A stretch of 64,000 nucleotides of DNA. Source: Escherichia phage YUEEL01. The notes beneath the pieces are model-generated. The model made no database searches. It worked only from the letters and a program-made list of their open reading frames with translations, and was not told where the DNA came from. Positions 38,590 through 48,772 of this stretch are shown here, one piece after another (within the stretch, counting starts at the first letter, position 1; every line of letters starts with the position of its first letter). The stretch lies in the sequence record NC_054935.2; one strand, written 5' to 3'. The position numbers and the translations under genes are program-made.

Positions 38590-40767
38590 ATGATTATCAC
38601 CACTGAAAAAGAAACAATTCTTGGCAATGGTTCTAAATCAAAAGCATTTAGCATCGCAGCAAATCCTAAAGTATTTAAAATTCTATCATCTGATTTGTAT
38701 ACAAACAAGATTCGCGCAGTGGTCCGTGAATTAATTACTAACATGATTGATGCCCATGCTCTCAATGGAAATCCTGAAAAATTTATCATTCAAGTTCCAG
38801 GACGATTAGACCCACGATTTGTTTGTCGAGATTTTGGTCCGGGTATGAGTGATTTTGATATTCAGGGTGATGATAATTCTCCTGGGTTGTATAATTCATA
38901 CTTCAGTTCATCTAAAGCTGAATCTAATGACTTTATTGGCGGATTTGGTTTAGGTTCTAAATCTCCGTTTAGTTATACTGATACGTTTAGTATTACTTCG
39001 TATCATAAAGGTGAAATTCGTGGTTATGTAGCTTACATGGATGGTGATGGCCCACAGATTAAACCTACATTCGTAAAAGAAATGGGTCCAGATGATAAAA
39101 CTGGTATTGAAATCGTAGTTCCAGTTGAAGAAAAAGACTTTAGAAACTTTGCTTATGAAGTTTCTTATATCATGCGACCGTTCAAAGATTTGGCTATCAT
39201 TAATGGTCTTGACCGCGAAATTGATTATTTTCCGGATTTTGATGATTATTATGGCGTAAATCCAGAAAGATACTGGCCAGATCGTGGTGGATTATATGCT
39301 ATCTATGGCGGTATTGTTTATCCTATCGATGGTGTTATTAGAGACCGTAACTGGCTAAGCATTCGCAATGAAGTGAATTACATTAAGTTTCCAATGGGTT
39401 CACTTGATATTGCTCCATCTCGCGAGGCTCTTTCACTGGATGATCGCACTCGTAAAAATATTATTGAACGAGTTAAAGAACTCAGTGAGAAAGCATTTAA
39501 TGAAGATGTAAAACGATTTAAAGAATCTACATCTCCTCGTCATACATATCGCGAATTAATGAAGATGGGGTATTCTGCTCGAGATTATATGATTAGTAAT
39601 TCAGTCAAATTCACGACTAAAAATCTGTCATATAAGAAGATGCAGAGTATGTTTGAACCTGATAGTAAGTTATGCAACGCGGGAGTTGTGTATGAAGTAA
39701 ATCTTGACCCTCGACTGAAACGCATTAAGCAAAGCCATGAAACTTCAGCCGTTGCATCAAGTTATCGTCTGTTTGGTATTAATACAACAAAAATTAATAT
39801 CGTTATTGATAATATTAAAAATCGTGTTAATATTGTCCGTGGATTAGCACGTGCATTAGATGATAGTGAATTTAATAACACTTTAAATATTCATCACAAT
39901 GAGCGTCTTCTGTTTATTAATCCGGAAGTAGAATCACAGATTGATTTACTCCCTGATATTATGGCAATGTTTGAAAATGATGAAGTTAACATTCATTATT
40001 TGTCAGAAATCGAAGCTTTAGTTAAAAGCTATATTCCAAAGGTAGTTAAAAGTAAAGCTCCTCGTCCTAAAGCTGCTACAGCATTTAAGTTTGAAATTAA
40101 AGACGGGCGCTGGGAAAAAGAGGAATTATTTACGCTCACATCAGAAGCAGATGAAATTACTGGTTATGTAGCGTATATGCATCGTTCTGATATTTTCTCT
40201 ATGGATGGTACTACATCTCTTTGTCATCCATCTATGAATATTTTGATTCGTATGGCTAATCTTATTGGCATTAATGAATTTTATGTTATTCGTCCGCTTT
40301 TACAGAAAAAGGTAAAAGAACTCGGTCAGTGCCAATGTATTTTTGAAACTTTGCGTGATTTATATGTAGATGCTTTTGATGATGTAGATTATGATAAGTA
40401 CGTAGGTTATTCAAGTTCAGCTCAACGATATATTGATAAAATTATCAAGTATCCTGAGTTAGATTTTATGATGAAGTACTTCAGTACAGATGAAGTTTCT
40501 GAAGAATATACACGACTCGCTAATATAGTTAGTTCATTGCGCGGTGTATATTTTAATGGTGGAAAAGATACCATTGGTCATGACATCTGGACAGTAACTA
40601 ATCTTTTTGATGTATTATCAAATAATGCTTCAAAAAACAGTGATAAAATGGTTGCTGAGTTTACCAAGAAATTCCGCATTGTTTCCGACTTCATCGGTTA
40701 TCGCAACTCTTTAAGTGATGATGAAGTTTCTCAAATCGCTAAAACTATGAAGGCCCTTGCGGCCTAA
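38590..40767 (+). CDS. rIIA: rIIA protein (membrane-associated, GHKL-ATPase-like N-terminus)
   Basis: 725 aa [57 protein letters not shown]... matches T4 rIIA. Confidence 0.93.
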   Translation: MIITTEKETILGNGSKSKAFSIAANPKVFKILSSDLYTNKIRAVVRELITNMIDAHALNGNPEKFIIQVPGRLDPRFVCRDFGPGMSDFDIQGDDNSPGLYNSYFSSSKAESNDFIGGFGLGSKSPFSYTDTFSITSYHKGEIRGYVAYMDGDGPQIKPTFVKEMGPDDKTGIEIVVPVEEKDFRNFAYEVSYIMRPFKDLAIINGLDREIDYFPDFDDYYGVNPERYWPDRGGLYAIYGGIVYPIDGVIRDRNWLSIRNEVNYIKFPMGSLDIAPSREALSLDDRTRKNIIERVKELSEKAFNEDVKRFKESTSPRHTYRELMKMGYSARDYMISNSVKFTTKNLSYKKMQSMFEPDSKLCNAGVVYEVNLDPRLKRIKQSHETSAVASSYRLFGINTTKINIVIDNIKNRVNIVRGLARALDDSEFNNTLNIHHNERLLFINPEVESQIDLLPDIMAMFENDEVNIHYLSEIEALVKSYIPKVVKSKAPRPKAATAFKFEIKDGRWEKEELFTLTSEADEITGYVAYMHRSDIFSMDGTTSLCHPSMNILIRMANLIGINEFYVIRPLLQKKVKELGQCQCIFETLRDLYVDAFDDVDYDKYVGYSSSAQRYIDKIIKYPELDFMMKYFSTDEVSEEYTRLANIVSSLRGVYFNGGKDTIGHDIWTVTNLFDVLSNNASKNSDKMVAEFTKKFRIVSDFIGYRNSLSDDEVSQIAKTMKALAA

Positions 40768-40778
40768 TAAGGAAAATT

Positions 40779-41717
40779 ATGTACAATATTAAATGCCTGA
40801 CCAAAAACGAACAAGCTGAAATTGTTAAACTGTATTCAAGCGGTAATTATACCCAACAGGAATTGGCTGATTGGCAAGGTGTATCGGTTGACACAATCCG
40901 TCGTGTTTTGAAAAATGCCGAAGAAGCTAAACGCCCTAAAGTTACTATTAGTGGTGATATTACAGTTAAAGTTAATAGCGATGCAGTTATTGCTCCAGTT
41001 GCTAAATCTGACATTATTTGGAATGCATCTAAAAAATTCATTTCAATTACTGTTGACGGTGTAACTTATAACGCAACTCCTAATACTCATTCAAACTTCC
41101 AGGAAATTCTTAATCTGCTTGTAGCGGATAAGCTGGAAGAAGCAGCACAAAAAATTAATGTTCGTCGCGCTGTTGAAAAATATATTTCCGGCGATGTTCG
41201 AATTGAAGGTGGAAGCTTGTTCTATCAAAATATTGAATTGCGGTCTGGTTTGGTTGATCGTATTCTTGACTCGATGGAAAAAGGCGAAAACTTTGAATTT
41301 TATTTTCCGTTCTTGGAAAATCTGCTGGAAAACCCAAGCCAAAAAGCGGTATCTCGACTCTTTGATTTCTTGGTAGCAAACGATATTGAAATTACAGAAG
41401 ATGGCTACTTCTATGCTTGGAAAGTAGTTCGCAGCAATTACTTTGACTGTCACTCAAATACCTTTGATAACAGTCCGGGTAAAGTAGTTAAAATGCCACG
41501 TACTCGTGTGAATGACGATGATACACAAACTTGTTCTCGTGGTCTGCATGTGTGTTCTAAATCTTATATTCGTCACTTTGGCAGTTCAACCAGCCGAGTC
41601 GTAAAAGTTAAAGTGCATCCTCGCGATGTGGTATCAATTCCGATTGATTACAACGACGCTAAAATGCGTACCTGCCAATACGAAGTAGTTGAAGACGTTA
41701 CTGAACAATTTAAATAA
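40779..41717 (+). CDS. rIIB: rIIB protein
   Basis: 312 aa MYNIKCLTKNEQAEIVKLYSSGNYTQQELADWQGVSVDTIRRVLKNAEEAKRPK... matches T4 rIIB. Confidence 0.93.
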   Translation: MYNIKCLTKNEQAEIVKLYSSGNYTQQELADWQGVSVDTIRRVLKNAEEAKRPKVTISGDITVKVNSDAVIAPVAKSDIIWNASKKFISITVDGVTYNATPNTHSNFQEILNLLVADKLEEAAQKINVRRAVEKYISGDVRIEGGSLFYQNIELRSGLVDRILDSMEKGENFEFYFPFLENLLENPSQKAVSRLFDFLVANDIEITEDGYFYAWKVVRSNYFDCHSNTFDNSPGKVVKMPRTRVNDDDTQTCSRGLHVCSKSYIRHFGSSTSRVVKVKVHPRDVVSIPIDYNDAKMRTCQYEVVEDVTEQFK

Positions 41718-41731
41718 GGGCTTCGGCCCTT
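41716..41731 (+). terminator. hairpin (UUCG tetraloop) after rIIB
   Basis: aagggcttcggccctt; no U-run. Confidence 0.45.
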
Positions 41732-41745
41732 AACTAAGGAAAATT

Positions 41746-41940
41746 ATGTTAGGTTATCAAGCACGAGTAAAAGAAGAATACGATCAATTAATGCTTAAAA
41801 TTAATGCACTGAGTAAATTTTTAGAAAGCGCAAAGTTTCTAACAGTTAGTGTAGTTGAGCAAGAACTGCTACTTTCACAGTTCATCTCAATGAAATCTTA
41901 TGCTGAATGTCTAGAGAAAAGAATTGCACAATTCAAGTAA
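41746..41940 (+). CDS. hypothetical protein
   Basis: 64-aa ORF with AGGAAAATT SD. Confidence 0.4.
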   Translation: MLGYQARVKEEYDQLMLKINALSKFLESAKFLTVSVVEQELLLSQFISMKSYAECLEKRIAQFK

Positions 41941-41944
41941 AATA

Positions 41945-41967
41945 AAGGGCTTCGGCCCTTTTGTTTT
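41945..41967 (+). terminator. intrinsic terminator (UUCG hairpin plus U-run)
   Basis: aagggcttcggcccttttgtttt. Confidence 0.6.
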
Positions 41968-41978
41968 AAGGAAAAATT

Positions 41979-42308
41979 ATGATTTATTGTATGAATATCG
42001 GTGATTCCGACATAAAAGAGATTAAACTGCACGGAAATCATCACGCTAATATTGTGTACTGTAATAAATTTGAGTTTGGTCACGAAAAACTTGGGTTTCT
42101 TTACTGTAATGATGTTATAGTCATGGATAAAAAGGAGCTCGATGAACTTGACCGCGAGTCTTTAGATGAAAATGACCGAATTTATTACGGCACTCTTAAA
42201 GTATATAACGCTTATCTCAGTGGTAAAAAGGAAAGTCTAAATGCAGAAAACGAATCCGGGTTTACAGAGACTATTTCAGATTCCGACATTTACCCTATCG
42301 AACAGTGA
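41979..42308 (+). CDS. hypothetical protein
   Basis: 109-aa ORF. Confidence 0.4.
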   Translation: MIYCMNIGDSDIKEIKLHGNHHANIVYCNKFEFGHEKLGFLYCNDVIVMDKKELDELDRESLDENDRIYYGTLKVYNAYLSGKKESLNAENESGFTETISDSDIYPIEQ

Positions 42309-42798
42309 CTTGACTAGCGAAATGAAGGTCAAAATTGCTGATACTGCAAGATACTCTTTAAAACAAAACCCGAACCAGGATAAAGCAGAAGTTATTGAAA
42401 GATGTCGTATTGCTGTATACGCAGAGTTTTTTGTAGCAGATTGGCTAAGCGGGTATGTTAATAAAGGTCAAGAAGATGTCGATGATCCATATACATACGC
42501 GTGGGATGTTTTAGCACATCCAAAATACTGTGGGCTTCGTGTAGAAGTTAAGACACATCAAACTGGCTCACGTTGGATTTCTGTAACAACAGGATGCAGC
42601 GGAGAGTATCCATACGGTTCTGGAATAAATCTAGGGCCCATTCTAAATCATCAAGTCGCTGACTGTATAATTATATTCAACACTAAAGAAATTCATCCAG
42701 GTGTTATCCAGTACACTCCGAAGTTCATCGGTGACAGAGAAGACCTTCGTAAGGTTGTAAGAAAAAGCAACTACAATGGATGGTATCTTTCCATTTAA
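42241..42798 (+). CDS. denB: DenB endonuclease IV
   Basis: 185-aa ORF, T4 DenB size and position; the 5' end overlaps the upstream ORF so the true start may be an internal ATG. Confidence 0.7.
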   Translation: MQKTNPGLQRLFQIPTFTLSNSDLTSEMKVKIADTARYSLKQNPNQDKAEVIERCRIAVYAEFFVADWLSGYVNKGQEDVDDPYTYAWDVLAHPKYCGLRVEVKTHQTGSRWISVTTGCSGEYPYGSGINLGPILNHQVADCIIIFNTKEIHPGVIQYTPKFIGDREDLRKVVRKSNYNGWYLSI

Positions 42799-42816
42799 AA
42801 AAATTTTCACAAAACA

Positions 42817-42846
42817 GTTTACATACCACAAGGACCGTGGTACTAT
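42817..42846 (+). promoter_or_regulatory. T4-type early promoter
   Basis: gtttac, 18 bp, tactat within the conserved tggtactatacaactatca box. Confidence 0.55.
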
Positions 42847-42873
42847 ACAACTATCAGCTACGGAGGAGTAAAA

Positions 42874-43137
42874 ATGAAATTTAAATTTTATTACGCTAAA
42901 CATAAAATTACCGGTGAATTTATTGCATTTACGACTTCAACTACAGATGAAGGAGATATTTTTACTGCAGTATTTTTATCAAAATGGGAATCAGATCAAC
43001 CTTACTTATCATCACGTGAAGATCTCCAACGATTAGTTAATGGAGAATATAATGATTCATGGTCATATTTAGTCCATGATTGTGTTAAAAAGGCAATAAA
43101 ACAAAAACACTTGGAAATCGTTGAGATTGAACTATGA
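42874..43137 (+). CDS. hypothetical protein
   Basis: 87-aa ORF with GGAGGAG SD. Confidence 0.45.
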   Translation: MKFKFYYAKHKITGEFIAFTTSTTDEGDIFTAVFLSKWESDQPYLSSREDLQRLVNGEYNDSWSYLVHDCVKKAIKQKHLEIVEIEL

Positions 43138-43322
43138 GTTCATTATGTTGGTGTTTTGTTTGGTTAATTAGTATTCCAGTAATTTGTTTAACATTTACTT
43201 TTGTGATGAGGTTATTATGAAAATTTTGAATTCTGTACTTATTGCGTGTGCATGGTGGGTTGCACAAGTTTCGGCAGTAGTGATTGGTATTCACATTTAT
43301 TACGAATATTTTTAAAAAAGTT

Positions 43323-43352
43323 GTTTACAAGACTGTTCTTCCGTGGTACTAT
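43323..43352 (+). promoter_or_regulatory. T4-type early promoter
   Basis: gtttac, 18 bp, tactat. Confidence 0.55.
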
Positions 43353-43380
43353 TACCCTATCAACTACGGAGGAACAGAAA

Positions 43381-43494
43381 ATGAAAAAGATTGTTAAAGC
43401 TATATGGAATGTAGTTATAATACTAATAGTTTTGAGTATATTCCCAATCGTTTTAATGATTGATGTATTAAACGTTTACTTTGGATTTATGTGA
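43381..43494 (+). CDS. small hydrophobic membrane peptide
   Basis: 37-aa ORF read by eye, MKKIVKAIWNVVIILIVLSIFPIVLMIDV..., GGAGGAAC SD. Confidence 0.35.
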   Translation: MKKIVKAIWNVVIILIVLSIFPIVLMIDVLNVYFGFM

Positions 43495-43501
43495 GGAAAA
43501 T

Positions 43502-43699
43502 ATGAAGCGTAAACGCAGTGCTTTTACATTTATTGAATGGTTTTTCGATAATATTTTTCCGGCTTTATTCATTTTCATGCTGATTTTTGCCTTAGGTTCA
43601 GTTGTAGTTGGAATTTATTTGATGACGGTAGTCGGAATGGATATTCATCAAAATGGTTTAAAATCCGTGGTTGAAACAATTTGGAATGGTGTAAAATGA
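43502..43699 (+). CDS. small membrane protein
   Basis: Internal ATG of track ORF 43481..43699 after GAGGAAAAT; hydrophobic. Confidence 0.4.
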   Translation: MKRKRSAFTFIEWFFDNIFPALFIFMLIFALGSVVVGIYLMTVVGMDIHQNGLKSVVETIWNGVK

Positions 43700-43814
43700 T
43701 GAATTTGCTGAGTGGTTGGTTTTATATTCTTATGTTTTACATTGGCGCAAATTTTCCATATTGGATGGGATGGTCAACAACTGCATTTGGATTTTATACT
43801 CCTTGAGGTGAATT

Positions 43815-44030
43815 ATGAAAATCTTTAAAGATGTAAAAGTTGGTGAAATTTTTTGCTTGGATAGTGGTGATCAGTTAATTCGTATTTCACCTCTTAAGAG
43901 CACCAGCGAGAAAATGACAGTTAACGCTACTTTAGCAAATAACAGTAATGAACGTTTCTGTATTGAAAATGATACTGAAACTTATACCGTAGAAGAGTTT
44001 TGGGAATTGAGCGTCGACTGCGACGATTAA
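43815..44030 (+). CDS. hypothetical protein
   Basis: 71-aa ORF with GAGGTGAATT SD. Confidence 0.45.
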   Translation: MKIFKDVKVGEIFCLDSGDQLIRISPLKSTSEKMTVNATLANNSNERFCIENDTETYTVEEFWELSVDCDD

Positions 44031-44036
44031 TTTAAT

Positions 44037-44058
44037 GGCCGCGTGTATTCATGCGGCC
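44037..44058 (+). other. GC-rich stem-loop (GGCCGC ... GCGGCC) between ORFs
   Basis: 6-bp perfect stem, 10-nt loop, no U-run; possible RNA processing or stability element. Confidence 0.3.
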
Positions 44059-44090
44059 TTGGAGTAGAAAATAATTTAGAGGAAATTAAT

Positions 44091-44549
44091 ATGAAATACA
44101 TGACTGTTACTGATCTGAATAATGCAGGCGCTACTGTTATTGGCACAATCAAGGGCGGTGAATGGTTTTTGGGAACTCCGCATAAAGATATTTTATCTAA
44201 ACCTGGATTTTACTTTTTAGTGAGTAAATTAGATGGTCGTCCATTTAGTAATCCGTGCGTGTCCGCACGATTTTATGTAGGTAATCAGCGTTCTAAGCAA
44301 GGATTCAGTGCGGTTCTAAGTCATATTCGTCAGCGTCGGTCTCAGCTTGCGCGTACTATTGCAAATAACAATGTTCCATACACAGTATTTTATCTTCCTG
44401 CTTCTAAGATGAAACCTCTGACGACAGGATTTGATAAAGGTCAGTTAGCGTTGGCGTTTACTCGTAATCATCATTCTGAGTATCAAACACTTGAAGAAAT
44501 GAACCGTATGTTGGCTGATAACTTTAAATTTGTTTTGCAGGCATATTAA
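44091..44549 (+). CDS. ndd: Ndd, host nucleoid disruption protein
   Basis: [52 protein letters not shown]... matches T4 Ndd; ATG at 44091 after GAGGAAATTAAT. Confidence 0.88.
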   Translation: MKYMTVTDLNNAGATVIGTIKGGEWFLGTPHKDILSKPGFYFLVSKLDGRPFSNPCVSARFYVGNQRSKQGFSAVLSHIRQRRSQLARTIANNNVPYTVFYLPASKMKPLTTGFDKGQLALAFTRNHHSEYQTLEEMNRMLADNFKFVLQAY

Positions 44550-44635
44550 TGAGTAATTTCCATAACGAACATGTGATGCAGTTCTATCGTAACAATCTTA
44601 AAAACTTTGGTATTTTAGGTTCTAAAAATAGTTGA
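44549..44635 (+). CDS. stp: Stp peptide (suppressor of three-prime phosphatase)
   Basis: 28-aa ORF read by eye, [28 protein letters not shown]; N-terminal 18 residues match T4 Stp as I recall it; ATG overlaps the ndd stop. Confidence 0.75.
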   Translation: MSNFHNEHVMQFYRNNLKNFGILGSKNS

Positions 44636-44645
44636 GGAGAATATT

Positions 44646-44804
44646 ATGAATATCGCAAAATTATTAGGAGTTATTTCATTTATTTGTTGGATAGTAGCAT
44701 GTGTTTTAACTATCTGTATCGATGCTAGCAGTGTGTTTTCACAAGCTTTAGCCCAGGGTATGTGTGCATATTTAACATTTGTGTTGTTATCTACTAATGA
44801 TTAA
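44646..44804 (+). CDS. small hydrophobic membrane protein (candidate ac)
   Basis: 52-aa ORF read by eye, MNIAKLLGVISFICWIVACVLTICID...; size and position fit T4 ac. Confidence 0.4.
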   Translation: MNIAKLLGVISFICWIVACVLTICIDASSVFSQALAQGMCAYLTFVLLSTND

Positions 44805-44937
44805 GAAAATCTTGGGCTATTCATTAGCCCTTGCTACTTTATTAGTAGCACTATATTATGGAGTAATGTTCGGATTAATTCAAGTCGTGCTTTTCATTTC
44901 TGATGTTATTATGGCACTACATTCACTAGTATGGTAA
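44797..44937 (+). CDS. small hydrophobic membrane protein
   Basis: 46-aa ORF read by eye, MIKKILGYSLALATLLVALYYGVMFG... Confidence 0.35.
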   Translation: MIKKILGYSLALATLLVALYYGVMFGLIQVVLFISDVIMALHSLVW

Positions 44938-44941
44938 ATTT

Positions 44942-46270
44942 ATGCAACTGAATAATCGCGATTTAAAAAGTATCATTGATAATGAAGCATTGGCTTATGC
45001 TATGTACACGGTTGAAAATCGTGCTATTCCAAATATGATTGATGGATTTAAGCCAGTTCAACGATTTGTTATTGCTCGAGCTCTTGATTTGGCACGAGGA
45101 AATAAAGATAAGTTTCATAAGCTCGCTTCTATCGCAGGTGGTGTAGCGGACCTTGGATATCACCATGGCGAAAACTCTGCACAAGACGCAGGTGCTTTGA
45201 TGGCTAATACTTGGAATAATAACTTTCCTTTGTTAGATGGTCAAGGAAACTTTGGTTCTCGTACCGTTCAAAAAGCAGCGGCAAGTCGTTATATTTTTGC
45301 TCGTGTAAGTAAAAATTTCTATAACGTATATAAAGATACTGAATATGCTCCGGTACATCAAGATAAAGAACACATTCCGCCTGCTTTCTATTTGCCTATT
45401 ATTCCTACCGTTCTTCTTAATGGCGTTTCCGGTATTGCAACTGGTTATGCAACTTACATTCTTCCTCATAGTGTTTCTTCTGTCAAGAAAGCTGTACTGC
45501 AAGCTCTTCAAGGAAAGAAAGTAACTAAACCGAAGGTAGAATTCCCAGAATTTCGTGGTGAAGTCGTTGAAATTGATGGGCAATATGAAATTCGTGGAAC
45601 ATATAAGTTTACTTCACGAACTCAAATGCATATCACTGAGATTCCGTATAAGTATGATCGTGAAACTTACGTGAGTAAAATCTTAGACCCGCTTGAAGAT
45701 AAAGGCTTCATTACATGGGATGATGCTTGCGGTGAGCATGGTTTTGGCTTTAAAATTAAATTCCGCAAAGAATACTCTTTGAGCGATAATGAAGAAGAAC
45801 GCCATGCAAAAATTATGAAAGACTTCGGACTGATTGAGCGTCGTTCTCAGAATATTACTGTCATTAATGAGAAAGGAAAGCTACAAGTTTACGATAACGT
45901 AGTTGATTTAATTAAAGACTTCGTTGAAGTTCGTAAAACTTATGTCCAAAAACGAATTGATAACAAAATTAAAGAAACTGAGTCAGCTTTTCGTTTAGCC
46001 TTTGCCAAGGCACATTTCATTAAGAAAGTAATTTCAGGTGAAATTGTTGTACAGGGTAAAACTCGTAAAGAACTGACCGAAGAACTTTCTAAAATTGATA
46101 TGTATTCTTCTTATGTTGATAAACTAGTTGGAATGAATATTTTTCATATGACTTCTGACGAAGCAAAGAAACTTGCTGAAGAAGCTAAAGCTAAAAAAGA
46201 AGAAAACGAATATTGGAAAACTACTGATGTAGTTACAGAATACACCAAAGATTTAGAGGAAATCAAATGA
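44942..46270 (+). CDS. 52: gp52 topoisomerase II medium subunit (GyrA-like)
   Basis: 442 aa MQLNNRDLKSIIDNEALAYAMYTVENRAIPNMIDGFKPVQRFVIARALD... matches T4 gp52. Confidence 0.92.
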   Translation: MQLNNRDLKSIIDNEALAYAMYTVENRAIPNMIDGFKPVQRFVIARALDLARGNKDKFHKLASIAGGVADLGYHHGENSAQDAGALMANTWNNNFPLLDGQGNFGSRTVQKAAASRYIFARVSKNFYNVYKDTEYAPVHQDKEHIPPAFYLPIIPTVLLNGVSGIATGYATYILPHSVSSVKKAVLQALQGKKVTKPKVEFPEFRGEVVEIDGQYEIRGTYKFTSRTQMHITEIPYKYDRETYVSKILDPLEDKGFITWDDACGEHGFGFKIKFRKEYSLSDNEEERHAKIMKDFGLIERRSQNITVINEKGKLQVYDNVVDLIKDFVEVRKTYVQKRIDNKIKETESAFRLAFAKAHFIKKVISGEIVVQGKTRKELTEELSKIDMYSSYVDKLVGMNIFHMTSDEAKKLAEEAKAKKEENEYWKTTDVVTEYTKDLEEIK

Positions 46271-46416
46271 GTCCATTCATTGGTATTACAAGCGCGGCAT
46301 TAGTATCTGGCGGCATTTTACTAGCGGGGGTAGGTGTTGTTCCAGCTGTAGCAGGAGGTCTTCTTGCGTTCGGCATTCAACGTGTTATCATGACAGTTAT
46401 CACAGTCATGCAGTAA
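46267..46416 (+). CDS. small hydrophobic Gly/Ala-rich membrane peptide
   Basis: 49-aa ORF read by eye, MSPFIGITSAALVSGGILLAGVGVVPAVAGGLLAFG...; ATGA overlap with the gene 52 stop. Confidence 0.4.
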   Translation: MSPFIGITSAALVSGGILLAGVGVVPAVAGGLLAFGIQRVIMTVITVMQ

Positions 46417-46421
46417 TTTTA

Positions 46422-46447
46422 GGGAGAGCCTCGGCTCTCCCTTTTTT
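46422..46447 (+). terminator. intrinsic terminator (8-bp stem plus U6)
   Basis: gggagagcctcggctctcccttttttatt. Confidence 0.7.
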
Positions 46448-46472
46448 ATTTCAAAAATTTTTTCACAAAACG

Positions 46473-46502
46473 GTTTACAACCAAAGCATACTGTGGTACT
46501 AT
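46473..46502 (+). promoter_or_regulatory. T4-type early promoter
   Basis: gtttac, 18 bp, tactat. Confidence 0.55.
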
Positions 46503-46506
46503 ACAA

Positions 46507-46529
46507 CTATCAAATAAATGAACTGAAAC
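46507..46529 (+). repeat. 23-bp leader repeat, copy 1
   Basis: ctatcaaataaatgaactgaaac; identical copy at 46852..46874. Confidence 0.6.
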
Positions 46530-46551
46530 AAACAACCCGGAGATACAAAAA

Positions 46552-46779
46552 ATGAAATTTAAAATCGAAAACGAAATCGTTAAAGCTAAAAATGCTCTGA
46601 CTGCTAACAAACTGGTTGTAGATGGTATTGAATATGATATCTGTGGAGTTCGTGAAGAAAAACCTGGTGTTCTGACTTTCTTCACAATGATTTTTAAATT
46701 TAAAGGTGACACAGAATTCAAACAGTTTGATTTTGCCCATGAAGACGAAATCGAAGTTCGTAATCTGAACATTAAGTAA
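46552..46779 (+). CDS. hypothetical protein
   Basis: 75-aa ORF between the two repeat copies. Confidence 0.45.
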   Translation: MKFKIENEIVKAKNALTANKLVVDGIEYDICGVREEKPGVLTFFTMIFKFKGDTEFKQFDFAHEDEIEVRNLNIK

Positions 46780-46818
46780 GTACTTTATTAGAGCTCTTGA
46801 AAAAGAGTGCAAAAAAGT

Positions 46819-46847
46819 GTTTACTTCTGCTTTAAACATGATACTAT
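46819..46847 (+). promoter_or_regulatory. T4-type early promoter for motA
   Basis: gtttac, 17 bp, tactat. Confidence 0.55.
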
Positions 46848-46851
46848 AGAC

Positions 46852-46874
46852 CTATCAAATAAATGAACTGAAAC
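46852..46874 (+). repeat. 23-bp leader repeat, copy 2
   Basis: ctatcaaataaatgaactgaaac directly upstream of the motA SD. Confidence 0.6.
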
Positions 46875-46884
46875 GGAGATTAAA

Positions 46885-47520
46885 ATGTCTAAAGTAACTT
46901 ACATCATCAAAGCTTCTAACGATATTCTGAATGAAAAAACTGCTGCGATTTTAATTACCATTGCTAAGAAAGATTTCATTACAGCTGCAGAAGTTCGTGA
47001 GGTGCATCCAGATTTAGGTAATGCAGTAGTTAATAGTAATATTGGGGTATTGATTAAAAAAGGCCTGGTGGAGAAATCTGGTGATGGATTAATCATTACT
47101 GGTGAAGCTCAGGATATTATTTCAAATGCAGCAACTTTATACGCACAGGAAAACGCTCCGGAACTGCTGAAAAAACGAGCAACTCGTAAAGCTCGCGAAA
47201 TTACTTCTGATATGGAAGAAGATAAAGACTTCATGTTAAAACTTTTAGATGAAAATGGATTTGTTCTTAAAAAGGTTGAAACTTACCGCAGTAACTATCT
47301 CGCTATTTTAGAAAAACGCACTCACGGAATTCGTAATTTTGAAATTAACAACAATGGAAATATGCGAATTTTTGGATACAAAATGATGGAACATCATATT
47401 CAGAAATTTACTGACATCGGAATGTCATGTAAAATCGCTAAAAACGGTAATGTGTATCTTGACATTAAACGCTCGGCAGAAAACATTGAAGCTGTAATCA
47501 CTGTAGCATCTGAACTGTGA
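46885..47520 (+). CDS. motA: MotA middle-transcription activator
   Basis: 211 aa MSKVTYIIKASNDILNEKTAAILITIAKKDFITAAEVREVHPDLGNAVVNSNIGVLIKKG... matches T4 MotA. Confidence 0.9.
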   Translation: MSKVTYIIKASNDILNEKTAAILITIAKKDFITAAEVREVHPDLGNAVVNSNIGVLIKKGLVEKSGDGLIITGEAQDIISNAATLYAQENAPELLKKRATRKAREITSDMEEDKDFMLKLLDENGFVLKKVETYRSNYLAILEKRTHGIRNFEINNNGNMRIFGYKMMEHHIQKFTDIGMSCKIAKNGNVYLDIKRSAENIEAVITVASEL

Positions 47521-47530
47521 GGAATAAATA

Positions 47531-47860
47531 ATGAACAAGTTAGAAATTGTCAATGAACTTCGTCGTTGTGCAGAACCCACTCAGGAGGGGTGGGACATCT
47601 GGTACCATGGGGCTTATCTTGGAACTATTGTAAAGATTAAGACTGGCAAATACATGATTATTCGTGAAAGTAAAGATGCTCCAGTAGGTATTCGCAATAA
47701 TTTCATGGCAGCTATAAGTTCCTTTATGGATTCAGCTTACGAAATTTACCTTGCTGATTATAAAGAATTCCATGAATCTCAACCAGTTATTCGCTCAATT
47801 GGTGTTAACAAAGCTCAACAGAAAACTTTATGGCAACGTATTAAAGGATGGTTTAAATGA
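47531..47860 (+). CDS. hypothetical protein
   Basis: 109-aa ORF with GAGGAATAAAT SD. Confidence 0.45.
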   Translation: MNKLEIVNELRRCAEPTQEGWDIWYHGAYLGTIVKIKTGKYMIIRESKDAPVGIRNNFMAAISSFMDSAYEIYLADYKEFHESQPVIRSIGVNKAQQKTLWQRIKGWFK

Positions 47861-48008
47861 AAACATTTAAAATTGTCGTAGAATTTTATAACGGCGAAGG
47901 TGTAGTCCATCTTAAAGCGGCCAACCAGTTTGATGCGGTAAGAGTATATTGTCAATGCTTTGAAAGTTCTAAACAAGCTATAAAAATTAAAAGTGTTGAG
48001 GAAACCAA

Positions 48009-48476
48009 ATGAAAACCTTCAAAGAGCGTCTTGAATTATTAGACCTGGCTTTATTACGTGAAACTCCAGAAAGTCTAGCAGCTAAATTACAGGCCTATGG
48101 CGACTACACCGAATATACGGAAGAGGATGTTTTAGAAGAGGTTCCTGAAATCTGTTGGCAAGTAGCTCATTGGAACAATAATGAAAAATATCAACGTCGA
48201 ATTGTGTGTGCAGCCAACCGCTTTAAGTTAAAAGATGGTGGGACTCTGGTTATTCCTGGTGCTCGTCATTATTCTAAAGATATGGCTGAAGTTCTTGACC
48301 AGGTAAGTGATAAACTTGTATCAGACCATGTTTGTGGTGAAGACCAAGGATTTATTGACCAGTATAGCAATTACTGGACACGTGAAGAAGCAATGATTAT
48401 TGCAACTTACGCTGGACAAGTGCGTATTGAACGTGGTGGTAGTGAAAAAGAACTTTACTCTGAGGACCTTTACTAA
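48009..48476 (+). CDS. hypothetical protein
   Basis: 155-aa ORF. Confidence 0.45.
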   Translation: MKTFKERLELLDLALLRETPESLAAKLQAYGDYTEYTEEDVLEEVPEICWQVAHWNNNEKYQRRIVCAANRFKLKDGGTLVIPGARHYSKDMAEVLDQVSDKLVSDHVCGEDQGFIDQYSNYWTREEAMIIATYAGQVRIERGGSEKELYSEDLY

Positions 48477-48772
48477 TGAATATTAAAAAGTTTCAAATTG
48501 ATGGAATTAAGAATCAAATCCAGGCGTTGGAATATGCCAATAAAATGATGTCAACTAATTGGGGAATTTATACAAATGAACCGGCATTTCAGTTCTGTGA
48601 TATGGAATTCACTAAAAAGCTCGTAGGAAAAGATTATGTATGTCCATTTAGTTATCCAGTAAATGGAATGCTAAAACTTGCTTTACGCGATCTTTATATT
48701 GCGATGAACGAAGAGATGATAAAAGAGCTAAAACGCCAACTGAAGGTGATTCAAATTGGCCAGGGAAATTAA
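48476..48772 (+). CDS. hypothetical protein
   Basis: 98-aa ORF, ATGA overlap with upstream stop. Confidence 0.4.
   Translation: MNIKKFQIDGIKNQIQALEYANKMMSTNWGIYTNEPAFQFCDMEFTKKLVGKDYVCPFSYPVNGMLKLALRDLYIAMNEEMIKELKRQLKVIQIGQGN

Noticed and set aside
41091-41453. Overlapping ORFs on both strands inside rIIB (41091..41453 -, 41155..41379 -, 41158..41376 +)
   Set aside because: They lie entirely within the recognised rIIB coding sequence and have no translation signals.
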